Below, piece by piece: positions 20,755 through 31,058 of a stretch of 64,000 nucleotides of DNA. Position numbers and translations under genes: made by a program. This stretch comes from Porphyridium purpureum. Its lineage: Eukaryota. The stretch's first letter is position 1. Each line of letters begins with the position of its first letter. The DNA lies in assembly GCA_008690995.1 (NCBI GenBank), contig VRMN01000003.1, positions 2,232,001-2,296,000 of the forward strand, read 5' to 3'. The notes under the pieces were generated by a model. The model ran no database searches. It was not told the origin of the DNA and worked only from the letters and a program-made list of their open reading frames with translations.

Positions 20755-21936
20755 ATGTGGAACACGCTCTGGCTCAGCTTTGCATTCTTTCTTATGACGC
20801 ACTACGTCCGTGCGCAGTGTGGCTCGAAATGTCAGACGCACCTGGACGAATCGTCCGAGTGTAGCATCGAGTATGCCGGCGCTCGCACAGAGACATACGC
20901 CTGTATCCTCGGAGCGAACACGATTTATGATGACCTCAAGGCGCAAGAGGACGAGCTCAGGCAGCTTGTTGTGAACTCTAATAAGATTCTGATGGATACG
21001 TGGAACGCGCTGAGCGCCGAACTCCCAGAGGTACTGGACGGAGTATACCTGAATGAAATTGCCCGCTCTGCAGGCGCTCGACGGGAGCTGCTCGACAACA
21101 GTGGACGAGCTCAAAAGCCAGACGAAGCCCTTGCTCGGCTTGGCCGCTTTTCTGCACCGACTGCCGTTATCGCCGTCAACCAGCCAGGAAGCCGGCAGAC
21201 TAGCCGGTACGGCGTCCCGGAACCGGAGATATCGGATTCTAGCACCAGACGGACTTTGAACGACTTAATACCCGAGCTTAACGCCAGCATGGAACTTCTC
21301 GTCGGGCCATCCGCCACACTTGCAAGCCTTGTGAAGGACACCATATTTGTGAACTGGCTCATCAACTACATGGCGAATTTGGACGTGGACGTGGACAGCA
21401 GCGCACCTGTGCGAGACCGTCTTTGGTACCAGATCATTAGGGGTTGGAACATCACTCAGCATCTCGTAACGCTCACAAACAGCAGTGCGGATGCCTTGGA
21501 CGCCGAGCTCGCGGAGCTCGCGTCGCTTTTGGGCGAATCGGAGCCCGTGGCCTTTTTGAAACAGAAGAAGCAGGTCTTAATGGAGGAGCAGGCAACTGCA
21601 CACACGGCGCTGATCATTGGCTGTTCGATGATCGCAATATTTGGCACATTCCTGGTCGCGCTCTTGGTAGGTATCGTTTTCAAATCACGACAAGACGGAT
21701 CACAGGAAAGTCACGACGGTGAACGAGCAATAGACGCAGACGTCGATATCTTTATGCTTGCAGACGAAGCTCGAACGATATCCGCGATGCGGCGTAGTGT
21801 TTCTGACGGCGAATTACGGTCGTCGGCAGGCGCGCAATCATGGCATTTGGATCGAGATCTGTACGGTCGGCGCGTGGTTCACTCTCCCCGCCAATACTTT
21901 CGCATCACACATGTACGTCGCTTGGTGAGTCTGTAG
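20755..21936 (+). CDS. Type I membrane protein related to the C-terminal part of the 1343-aa neighbour
   Basis: Signal peptide MWNTLWLSFAFFLMTHYVRA and TM ALIIGCSMIAIFGTFLVALLVGIVF. The tail motif is shared with 16019-20050. Confidence 0.8.
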   Translation: MWNTLWLSFAFFLMTHYVRAQCGSKCQTHLDESSECSIEYAGARTETYACILGANTIYDDLKAQEDELRQLVVNSNKILMDTWNALSAELPEVLDGVYLNEIARSAGARRELLDNSGRAQKPDEALARLGRFSAPTAVIAVNQPGSRQTSRYGVPEPEISDSSTRRTLNDLIPELNASMELLVGPSATLASLVKDTIFVNWLINYMANLDVDVDSSAPVRDRLWYQIIRGWNITQHLVTLTNSSADALDAELAELASLLGESEPVAFLKQKKQVLMEEQATAHTALIIGCSMIAIFGTFLVALLVGIVFKSRQDGSQESHDGERAIDADVDIFMLADEARTISAMRRSVSDGELRSSAGAQSWHLDRDLYGRRVVHSPRQYFRITHVRRLVSL

Positions 21937-22518
21937 GACAACTCAAATTCCGTGTTTGACCTCCGACTTTCAAAAACGCGCGGCTGAAAGACCACAGGGT
22001 GAACTGCAAAAGGCAAGTTATAGCCCTGGAGCATTTCCATCCGCCATGGGTTCCGGGTTCCAAACGTGAACCTGCACATGGTTGTAGTGCACCGTCTTCT
22101 CCCACAATCAAGCAAACGATTGTTCCGTTCCTGAAGCAGCAATGGCAATCCTGTACATCTTGCCGATGCATCCGTGGAACCCGTGCAAGCAGGAGCGGAA
22201 AATATCTCATCGATGGGAGCCACGTCGACTGTTCATAGCGTGCTCGCTCATGAGACATGGTTCAGTCTTCGGAGGATATTCTCCCTGCCCAGCGCCGGTT
22301 CCATCCTGGTCACGTATCACTCTCGCAAGTCCCTTGCATTTGGCACGCACGCACGTAGCACCGCTCCAGATTCGGCTCAAGGGTCAGCCACATTGCTAAA
22401 GTACGAGACGCTAGTTGTTGGTTGACCTTAACGACCAGATGCCGGGAGCGTGCGAGAGAGCCGGACATGAGGAACTGCACAGCGACTCCAACAAGTGCTG
22501 CACCTTGACAGCCCATAC

Positions 22519-25149
22519 CTAGAACGGCTTGTTGCTGTCTTCGAAGCCATCCATGCCACCGTCCGATGCTTTGCCACTGAATGTGCGTCCAAAACTGCGC
22601 ATGCGCATCCCGGAAAATGATAGGCGCTTCTTCAAATCGTCGCTTGCGCGCAGCGAACCACGCTTTGAGTCTGAACCCTTACGTGGCTGCCCCCTGTCAG
22701 CATCGGTGACAACTTGCGCGGTCGTTGGCTCACCGCGCGACGATTTGCTGCGTCCCCCAAGCGATGAGCGCACTTTCGAAACAAAGGAACGTTTCTTCTT
22801 TGTCGGAAGTCGACTAGATACCGGGAACTCGGTGGTCGACACAGACGCCCACTCTCGTTCCATCACGACGTCGTTCTCGTCTTCACCACCAAGAGCCTCT
22901 TCAAACGCGTCTTCTATAATCAAATTGCTGGGCTGTGACCGCTGTGCACTTACTGAGTACGGCGCCGACGAACTGTCAAGCCTCGCCACGGATTTAGCCG
23001 AACTTTGTGTATGTGACGGAGACGTACCCACCGATTTTTGCGCTGCGACAGACGATAAATCCGTATCAAGGGCGGCGTTTCGTGCCTTTGGTCCCACAAT
23101 TTCTCCACCGGACATTTGCTTTTTGGACAATAAATCATGGTCAGACTCCAAGATGTCATCTTTGCTGTCAGCCTTCTGTGTTGAACCAGCTACTCTTTGA
23201 TCGCTCGAGACGCTCGTCCAGTCTGCGATCTCCTCGACGCTGTCGGTGCCATCATTTGCAGAGTCATCAGGCCGAGTCTCGCGCTCGACAGCGGCGTTTC
23301 TGCCACTCAGCGCACTGCTATCACTAAGGGACGGAATCTTCGTAATGAGCTCAAATCGGTCTCCTAATGACTCTGTTGTGGTTTCAAAATTCGCATGGGT
23401 CTTCGTCAGCGCTTCGTGATCTCCAACACGAGCGAAAGGAATGGCGTTTTCACCTTCTTCCGTCATGTGCATGTCCGAGTCGCTCTGTCTGCGCACACTG
23501 TCCATCACCATGTCACTCGATCCAAAGTTACGCAACGAATACGATCCGATGCGGTGCATCATTTTGGAGACCGGTCGAGCAGGTGACAAATTCTCGCGTG
23601 GAGACGGCTTGTCCGCTTCGTCCTGGAACTCCGAAACAGCAATACTGCCGTTGGTGTCCTCCTCCTCAAGCGCAAAGCTGCGCAGTCGCGTCGACAGGCG
23701 GCCCACGACGCCCTTGACAGCAACCGATGTCTTGCTGCCTGTGCGGCTTCGCGGCCGTGGCGCAATCTTCCCCTTTGAGGACGTTGATAGACCCTTTTCC
23801 GCACGTGAGGGTGACGAGATCATGCGCTCGCGAGCCTCCGTCATGCGCCAGAGCACCATCATCCGAGTAAACGCCATGACTGCGTATGCCGCTGATTTGA
23901 ACGCAGAGCGCACGCGCATCGCGGTGCTTTTCGGGCGATCCGCATCCGCGTTCCAAAATACTTGATGAAACGAGTCAAACCATCTGTGGTATAGGGCGGC
24001 CTGGGCTGTGAGCCGCTTTTGTGGGTCCTTTTGTAGCAAACTTCGGATCAAGCCCATAGCATCTTCTGAAACGTTCCGCCATGCCGGTCCCTGAAAGTCA
24101 AACTCTGCCTTTCGCACGGCGTCCAGTGTGCGTGACTCTTCGGCCCCGCCATCAAATGGCCGAATTCCACTCAGTGCCTCGTACAGAATCACGCCGGCGG
24201 ACCAGACGTCCACCGCCGGGCCGTACGGTAGCTGCATGGCGACTTCGGGCGCGACGTAGTAGCATGTGCCCACAAATGCCGTGATGGGCGCGCTCTGGTC
24301 TGGATCATGAAAGCGGGACAGTCCAAAGTCGCCAAGCTTAAAGTCAATTGGCCAAGTTTCCGTGGTAGCGAATAGGTTTTCAGGTTTGACGTCGCGGTGG
24401 ATGATGCGGAGACGATGCAAGTGCGCCAGGGCCTGCAGTAGCTGAAAAGTCATTTGTCGCGCACCGCTTTCTGCAAGCGTGATTTCCTTGCTAAAAATCT
24501 CAAACAGGTCGCTCTGCATGAGTTCCATGATAATGTGCAACTCTTGTTCGTTTTCAAACACATCGACAACTCGCATGATGTGCGGGTGACGCGCTTGCAT
24601 CTGCACAGCGACCTCACGCCGAAACATGTCAATGTGCTGCATGTCAAATTGCTTCTTGCGGATAACTTTGGCCGCAAAAACCGCGGTAGGATCTGACACA
24701 TCCGCAACCTTGAACACTTTGCTGAAAGCACCCGACCCGACTATTTTCAATGTTTTGTAAAAGCGCGATGGCTCACGGTTCTGCGCGGCGAGCATGGCAT
24801 TCAGCCACTGGCGGTACGCGGTGGGAAGCACGGTGATGGTCCAGGTATGCCCGTCCACATCCTCGATGATGATTTCGCCCGAGTGCTTCCCAGGCTTAGC
24901 GCGCTTGATGGTTACCTCACGCTCGAAAACGGAACGTTCCTCACGCGCGTAGCCAAATGCCGATCCCTGGAGCACAGCAAAGCGGTTCATCTTTTTTTTC
25001 CCCATCATCTTGTGGCGCCACAACGTCACGTATCCCGAAACCTGCGGGAATGGCCCGTTGCGCAGCTCTTGCATGGCGGCTAGCGCGCTTTCACCGTCGC
25101 TCAGCGCCCCGGCGCCGCCGCCAAGGCCAAGAGACACGCCGCTCTCCAT
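22519..25149 (-). CDS. PH-like domain plus CAMK-group Ser/Thr kinase with a long low-complexity tail
   Basis: GSGAFSKV, AAK, HRDVKPEN, DFGLS, APE and DVWSAG motifs. N-terminal PH-like region (SGYV...RFAVL...QWLNAM). A post-kinase FKSAAYAVMAF helix resembles a calmodulin-binding segment. Confidence 0.92.
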   Translation of the reverse strand: MESGVSLGLGGGAGALSDGESALAAMQELRNGPFPQVSGYVTLWRHKMMGKKKMNRFAVLQGSAFGYAREERSVFEREVTIKRAKPGKHSGEIIIEDVDGHTWTITVLPTAYRQWLNAMLAAQNREPSRFYKTLKIVGSGAFSKVFKVADVSDPTAVFAAKVIRKKQFDMQHIDMFRREVAVQMQARHPHIMRVVDVFENEQELHIIMELMQSDLFEIFSKEITLAESGARQMTFQLLQALAHLHRLRIIHRDVKPENLFATTETWPIDFKLGDFGLSRFHDPDQSAPITAFVGTCYYVAPEVAMQLPYGPAVDVWSAGVILYEALSGIRPFDGGAEESRTLDAVRKAEFDFQGPAWRNVSEDAMGLIRSLLQKDPQKRLTAQAALYHRWFDSFHQVFWNADADRPKSTAMRVRSAFKSAAYAVMAFTRMMVLWRMTEARERMISSPSRAEKGLSTSSKGKIAPRPRSRTGSKTSVAVKGVVGRLSTRLRSFALEEEDTNGSIAVSEFQDEADKPSPRENLSPARPVSKMMHRIGSYSLRNFGSSDMVMDSVRRQSDSDMHMTEEGENAIPFARVGDHEALTKTHANFETTTESLGDRFELITKIPSLSDSSALSGRNAAVERETRPDDSANDGTDSVEEIADWTSVSSDQRVAGSTQKADSKDDILESDHDLLSKKQMSGGEIVGPKARNAALDTDLSSVAAQKSVGTSPSHTQSSAKSVARLDSSSAPYSVSAQRSQPSNLIIEDAFEEALGGEDENDVVMEREWASVSTTEFPVSSRLPTKKKRSFVSKVRSSLGGRSKSSRGEPTTAQVVTDADRGQPRKGSDSKRGSLRASDDLKKRLSFSGMRMRSFGRTFSGKASDGGMDGFEDSNKPF

Positions 25150-25439
25150 CACAGCCGTCTCGGGGGCGACTAATGCCTAGTCAACCCCAGCTTTTCCGCA
25201 TGCGATACCCCGCAGTCGACCTAGTCTCTCTGCCGGACTACCGCAAACATTCGTGTCGCGCCTCTCAGCTGATGGAAGCGACTGAGCGCGAGCTGTACCC
25301 CTTCCGCTCACTGTACGCTCGCAGCAGGTGGACTGAAATGGTAAACCGATAAACCGATTCTGCGTTTGAGATGCGAGCTTTCATTGCGACAAAGGAACGC
25401 GGGGAGCAGCGAAGACGTCGGCATTGCTGCGCCTCATTG

Positions 25440-26100
25440 GAATTCTAAATCCGGCGCGAGGGTCCCAAAACACCGTGTATATGTTTAAGCCGGGAAACTC
25501 AGACCCTCTGCTGGACACCGGAATCTCCAGCGCATCATGGTTTTGAAAGAAAATGTTCGTTGTGCCATTTACGACGCAATCCATGGCCGCTGAGTGTGCC
25601 CTGGAGCAGCACATGAGTACCTTGGCGCCGCTCGATTTTTTGGCAATCATCCCGCACGTGCTACTCGTCCTTGAGGTGTGTGTCTCATTCACGAGCATCC
25701 ACTTGGATCCGCGCTCGCGTGCATGGAACACAAGCAAACAATTAATGCGATACATGTTGTAATTCTTGGCTGCTTGTGACGAAGATGCGATCGCGATCGC
25801 GATGGCTCGTTCGTCTCGTTCTAAACTTCAATGACAATGAAAGTTTGAGAACGATGAGTTTCAGCGTGAAACTCTTTTACCTTGACAATTTAACTCTTGC
25901 TCTTTTTCTGCTCTCTTCTACCTTCTTGTCGCTTTTACTTCGCTCTAAACCGCTGGAGGCGTGCCGTCTTTTATAGACGCGTTCGCGGCAAATGGTCAGC
26001 GCATTTGCATCCGTGCCGCGACCCCTTGCTCGGGTGCGACGGCCCCTCGAGCGCGTGTTTTGAAATCTGCAAGGTATTCAATTTGCGCCCCTTCGCGAGT
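25440..26100 (-). pseudogene. Decayed Fanzor/TnpB-like RuvC nuclease (IS607/Fanzor2 type) relic
   Basis: VNETHTSRTSSTCG...GAKVLMC...MDCVVNGTTNIF matches V.E.yTS.TC..CG...g.Kvf.C...DRD.NGa.NI. Upstream frames give RKRARVKL, VKEFH, LKFRT and VSH in the expected order, broken by stops and frameshifts. Confidence 0.75.
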
Positions 26101-27075
26101 ATCTCAAGAAGAACCCTGCTCGAAATTGTCACATTTTCAGGAAACCAAATGTTACGGTATTAGTAGGAGGGAGAGGAGTAAGAGCTGAGTCCGGCGTAGT
26201 GGTTTGTTGAGCCCGGGAGAGAGTGCGAAGTGGTCAGTGTACACAGCTGTATCGCGTCTGACCCTGTGTAGGAGGGGCACAAGCCATGACGTGTCTCGCA
26301 AAATATTAGAGGCGCGCAGTGGCGCAATAGTCACTTGCTTCGTCGATACGACGTCGCGAGGTGTACGGACTGTCATGCGAATTTTCTTGGGGAAAAGCAC
26401 GTCCGCCCAAGACGCAGAATTGATTTTCATTTTTCCTGCGCGATTCTGTCGCCGTGGTGTTTCAAGAATACCTCATGCCACGAATTCCCGCGTAGAGCGC
26501 CGAAAAAAAAAGTGATCTATCAGGAGAAAAGCATACTTTATTCTCGTTTTCAGAGTTCCAGGGTCCTCAGCTTTGGTCACCCCGCATCCATAGTTTGTCG
26601 GCTATGTCTATTCAACAGAGAGAGCTGGGTTAGGATCTTACAAAAGTTTGCCCGTAACAAGCACAAGGCCTTCAAATCCTCAAAAGGCTGTTCGGGTGCT
26701 TTTGCTTTGCATACCAACAATGTTGCTTCTCTGGGGTTTAAGGATACTGTCTGTCCGTGACGCGGGATTGCACGAGATATGCTTTGATTGTGAGAAGGTG
26801 CATTGAAAGTGCGCGGGCTTACACTCGCATAGTTACAGACTGCGAGAGAATTATTAGCGACCCGCGCACCAGATGCGCACGGCGACTCGGGTGGAACAGA
26901 AAGAAAAAGAAAACTATTAAGGTCGCCTGTGCAGCAGAGAAGCGACGCAGGAAGGCCATCGAGGGCACAAAACGTGCGGAGAGGTGCTCTGGCAAAAAGA
27001 CGTCGGACATCCGTGTGAACGAAGCGTTGAAGAATGAGGCGTCTACGAACGCGCCACAGTAAAATCCTTGGCGGA

Positions 27076-27380
27076 TGTTTTCAGCTGTGAACCTGAGTGT
27101 TTTACTGTAAGTGTCTTCACTCTCTTCTCTCTTCTGTCTCCGAGTAAGACCAGACCGGCTAGTCCGAACAGGCGCGTCGCCTTTTTATACCCTTACTTCC
27201 GCGAGGGCTAGGAGGGCGCCAAGAGAAATGACAATGCTAATCATTGTCATTTCTGCGCGTCTACAAGTTTCTGCAACCTCTAGCAGCTTCTAGAAACGGT
27301 TAAACGGTCCAGCAGTTTAACGGCTTACCGGTTTCGAATTAACCGAACCGTTCTAGGTGACTGGGGTTGAACGGATAACA
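27076..27380 (-). mobile_element. Solo LTR related to the Gypsy LTRs at 57.2 and 62.3 kb
   Basis: Clear similarity from about 27125 to 27380, ending GAACGGATAACA. TG...CA termini, flanked by GCGGA / GTGGA (4 of 5 match, likely TSD). The left about 50 bp diverge from the other LTRs. Confidence 0.85.
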
Positions 27381-28130
27381 GTGGAAAAGATGGAAGATTG
27401 GCTCTCGTGGTCGTGAAAAGGCGATCCGATGCGCAAGGAAACGGAGCGCTCGCCGCTGATGAGCAATGGCCACCCAGTCTTTGGCGGATCGAGGAAAGCA
27501 CGCGTGCAAAATTGCACGGAATCTTTGCGAAAGCTGGCACAGAATGAAAATGTCATGAACCTGGGAAAGGTATTGATGCGCGTTGGATCTGGTGAGACTA
27601 ACTTGACGGGACGCGCGTACGCGGATGATGTGCATAGGTTGCGGACGCTCGGAAGATTTCGTTTGAAGCGGACGCAGGTCTCAGATTACACAAGGCGTGC
27701 TCGCGCCGGGTGGCGACGCCAGAATAGAAGCTTTCTGAGAAGCAAGGACATAGTCATTGAGAGAAAACAAAGATTGGTTTAACCACAGCTCGAATGTCCG
27801 CACACATGTCCCGGAAGAGGTTCACGAAGCAGATTATCAGCTCAAAATGATAAGGTGTTTGGTTCAATTAACGACTTGGGCGACCGACCAATTAAAATGG
27901 AGTGCTTCTGGCGTTGGTAACTTCAATCATTTCACACTGCAAAAGATTTACTTTATGTGTGAGCTCAGCGTGCAAATTTCTTGTTCACAAGACTCTTGTC
28001 ATCGGACTTCTTTGTGTTGCGTGTCGCTTCTTATCCACGACGGCCGCAGAAAAGCGGAAAAAAGATTGAAAGAGCACACCTGTTCTCAAAGAAAGAAATA
28101 AAAAAAATTCCCAAGAAGACGCTTAGAAAA

Positions 28131-31058
28131 TCAACCAAGCACGCTCGCCCTTGCCCGCGACTGCATGTCCAGAACGGCCCTTTCGGTTTCCACCAACTTC
28201 TGCATCCGGATCTCGCTCTCCTTCATGGCTGCACCAAACACATTTCCCACAAAGTACGGGTCGCGGCTTGCTTCTTCCCTGACCTTGTCGCGCATCCATT
28301 GCGAGGTCCTGTTGGTCTCACCCGGTATGATGGGTTCGGCAAACAAAACGTGAAAGATGCTTTCAAAATCTGGCAAGAACTTCTCGCGTCCGAGTTCGAT
28401 CTGCTTGTTGAACAGGTTGATTGCTGCCAGCTTGGGGTCGGGTTGCGACGGATCAAGCATACCTTCGGTTGGATCCTTAGCGTTGTTGTACTGGAGCAGT
28501 TTGGCAGCTGCCACATATTTCACAATAGGTCGAGCACTTGCAAAATTTGAAAGCATGAAATCGTACATGTAAACAACAAACTTGCCGCGCAAGAGCTCCG
28601 ATGAGTCCAACATCTTGGCCGCTTCGCGCAACATTATGTGATCTGTGTCTTCCTCCCGGTCCGTCTTCAATGAGAAGGCGTGCAATTGAAGAATATCCTT
28701 CATGATCACAAATTCTCGGCGCACAAAATACTCAACAATGGCGGGAAAGATTTGCCGCATTACTTTGGTCAAAGCATGTAACGCAACGTCACCTGGATTT
28801 TTCACTGCTGCAATCGCACCCAATCCACCGGCGAGCATCCTTAATTGATTGTACGAGTTGATGACGGGCATTTTCATTTTCAGAAGACCCTCACGACCCT
28901 CGAGCCGCAGCCTCTCCAGCGCAATCCCGCCCATCTCTCTTTCGCCACCTCTTCCGTTCATGTACATCTGCTCACGCCCCCACTTAAAGCGAAAAGATGA
29001 GCCTTCTCCCAAATTAACATCCGGCCATTGCAATGGTTCACGCATCCAACCCTCTGTCGCTCCGTACTCCACGAAAATAGAATGTGTAAGATCGTTCTCC
29101 TCTGGCGTGGTTCGACCGTCGTCCAGTGCCACGCTTGAGAGACGGGAACGTCCTGCAGCGATTGCAGCAATTCGACGCGCAAAGAGTTCTGCCGCTGCCT
29201 GAATCGCAAGGTGCTTTTCCATATCCGTTTTAAAAGGAAATCGCTCACGCTCAAGACCAATCTCATTTTGTAAGAGTTGCTGGAACCTCAGCAGCCCGCT
29301 CTCCAGCCTTGCCCGCTCGGTCGCCGGATCCTGTACAAACAGCGAACGCACGTACATCGCACACGCTTCGAGACCAAGCTTATGCTTTGTTGCTTCTCTG
29401 ATTTCTACCTGGTTCTCATTCCTACCCAGAGCCTCATCTAACGCGCTCTCGATCCGATCCATGACATGCTGCACGTCCGACGGATTGATCGGGAATTCTT
29501 TGGGACTGTTGGTTTCCCTATCAATGTCGACGTCCGTGTAAAACTTGTGCGCGTTTGGAAACGAGACGTTGCCCTTGGCACTCAGGCCTTCAAAGTAACC
29601 ACAATCCGTACGAGTGGCCAGACCGGGGCTTCCAAGCATACGTACTGAACAGACCACCGTGCGAAACAGTTTCGGATCCGCCTTCTCGATCGTTTGCTCC
29701 AAGATCCGGCTATTAGGTGCTTCCCAGTCGTCGATACCACTACGCAACCCAAGAATCAGCGTCGTTGGATCGCACATGTATTCCAAGGCTAGGCTGGAGA
29801 TCTCGTCGGCAAGTTGTTCTTCGACAGTATTTCTCGCCGGCAAAATCAAACCTGGAAGATCAACAATGGTCACGGTGAAGGCTGCGCAAGAGCGCACGTA
29901 CACGTGAACTGCCTCGTGCTGGATTTGTGTGCCCGGCTGCAACGCCGCCAGTTGCTGCACAAGCTCATCCGGCCTCAGAAGCGGCCCGAGCGGACCGATG
30001 CGAATCTGCACTTCAAGTGCTTTCGGATCACGCACCACATGGTACACAATAGGGCGCTTTGTCCCTAGTCCAGCCGCCTTGTGCGTACAACGCATGCGTG
30101 TGAAATATTCCAAGAAGGTAGATTTGCCGCTGCCTTGAGCCCCAACGATGACCAAGCGCGAAAACTTGCTCGACGCAAACGACAGCTCACGAGCCATGTC
30201 TTCCGACAGCTTGCTTGCCTCTTGAACAGCGTGGCTAAAGTCCATAGCGAGTGCAAGTAGTTCGTCGTCCATCTCCGTGTACGTTTTCGAGGGAGACGGT
30301 AGGGGCACATTCGGGACAGGAACGTGAATGACCTTCATGATGCCACTTACAGGATACGAACGTGCGGACATGGCTGCCTGCGACTTCTGCGGCGGCGGGC
30401 GCTCGTATTTATCCGCCTCCTGCTCAAACATTTTGAAAGCCTCCTTGTTGTCTTCCGCGGAAGATCCATTTGTGCCACCGTTTGGACGGCCATCTGCACC
30501 GACGTGTGCCGGTGAACGCTCAGACGGAAGCACACCGTTGCCTGATTCTTTGATCAGGTCGTCTAATCCCACGTCACTCTGCCGGGCAGTCGCGGTCCTC
30601 CTCAAAGCACGCACAAATTCTTCTGGTGTACTGCTGTCCGACATAAGCATCGGTTTGTCGGACAAAAACTTGGCAGTGTAGCAAAGTGACGTACTGACGA
30701 GCGTGTCTGCGAACATTTTCATAGCCGCTTTGTCGAATTGCTCTACCTTGAAAACAATCAGCGGCACCTCGCAATCGTTCGCGGTCGACAAGATTGCCAT
30801 GCGCCTGGCGTCATGAGACTCGTTCATAAGCAGAACGGTACAAACGTCGTTCGTGCATTCGAGCTTCACCTCGGTATTCCATCCGCCTCTCGCGGAAGGG
30901 GATTTCCGTTCCACTGTCGTCGAGAATCGAAGCCTAGCTTTGGTCTCGCTTATGTTGACCACCTGGATCTGAACTTGATTCACCTCGCCGCGAGGAAACC
31001 TGTTGGGATCCTCAAGTAGCGTGCCATCACTAAACGAAATTGTTCCTACAACTGCCAT
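28131..31058 (-). CDS. Divergent dynamin-related GTPase, DRP5/ARC5-like, with an N-terminal extension of about 300 aa
   Basis: G1 GAQGSGKS, G2 GTKRP and G3 DLPG. Downstream GRTTPEE and MGGIALER recall DRP5-family G.Tl.eE and LYGGAQy.R segments. Confidence 0.78.
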   Translation of the reverse strand: MAVVGTISFSDGTLLEDPNRFPRGEVNQVQIQVVNISETKARLRFSTTVERKSPSARGGWNTEVKLECTNDVCTVLLMNESHDARRMAILSTANDCEVPLIVFKVEQFDKAAMKMFADTLVSTSLCYTAKFLSDKPMLMSDSSTPEEFVRALRRTATARQSDVGLDDLIKESGNGVLPSERSPAHVGADGRPNGGTNGSSAEDNKEAFKMFEQEADKYERPPPQKSQAAMSARSYPVSGIMKVIHVPVPNVPLPSPSKTYTEMDDELLALAMDFSHAVQEASKLSEDMARELSFASSKFSRLVIVGAQGSGKSTFLEYFTRMRCTHKAAGLGTKRPIVYHVVRDPKALEVQIRIGPLGPLLRPDELVQQLAALQPGTQIQHEAVHVYVRSCAAFTVTIVDLPGLILPARNTVEEQLADEISSLALEYMCDPTTLILGLRSGIDDWEAPNSRILEQTIEKADPKLFRTVVCSVRMLGSPGLATRTDCGYFEGLSAKGNVSFPNAHKFYTDVDIDRETNSPKEFPINPSDVQHVMDRIESALDEALGRNENQVEIREATKHKLGLEACAMYVRSLFVQDPATERARLESGLLRFQQLLQNEIGLERERFPFKTDMEKHLAIQAAAELFARRIAAIAAGRSRLSSVALDDGRTTPEENDLTHSIFVEYGATEGWMREPLQWPDVNLGEGSSFRFKWGREQMYMNGRGGEREMGGIALERLRLEGREGLLKMKMPVINSYNQLRMLAGGLGAIAAVKNPGDVALHALTKVMRQIFPAIVEYFVRREFVIMKDILQLHAFSLKTDREEDTDHIMLREAAKMLDSSELLRGKFVVYMYDFMLSNFASARPIVKYVAAAKLLQYNNAKDPTEGMLDPSQPDPKLAAINLFNKQIELGREKFLPDFESIFHVLFAEPIIPGETNRTSQWMRDKVREEASRDPYFVGNVFGAAMKESEIRMQKLVETERAVLDMQSRARASVLG

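Noticed and set aside
26335..28100. Possible IS607 serine recombinase or other transposase partnering the Fanzor relic
   Set aside because: No YARVS or DDE motifs found on either strand; only short broken ORFs around the solo LTR.
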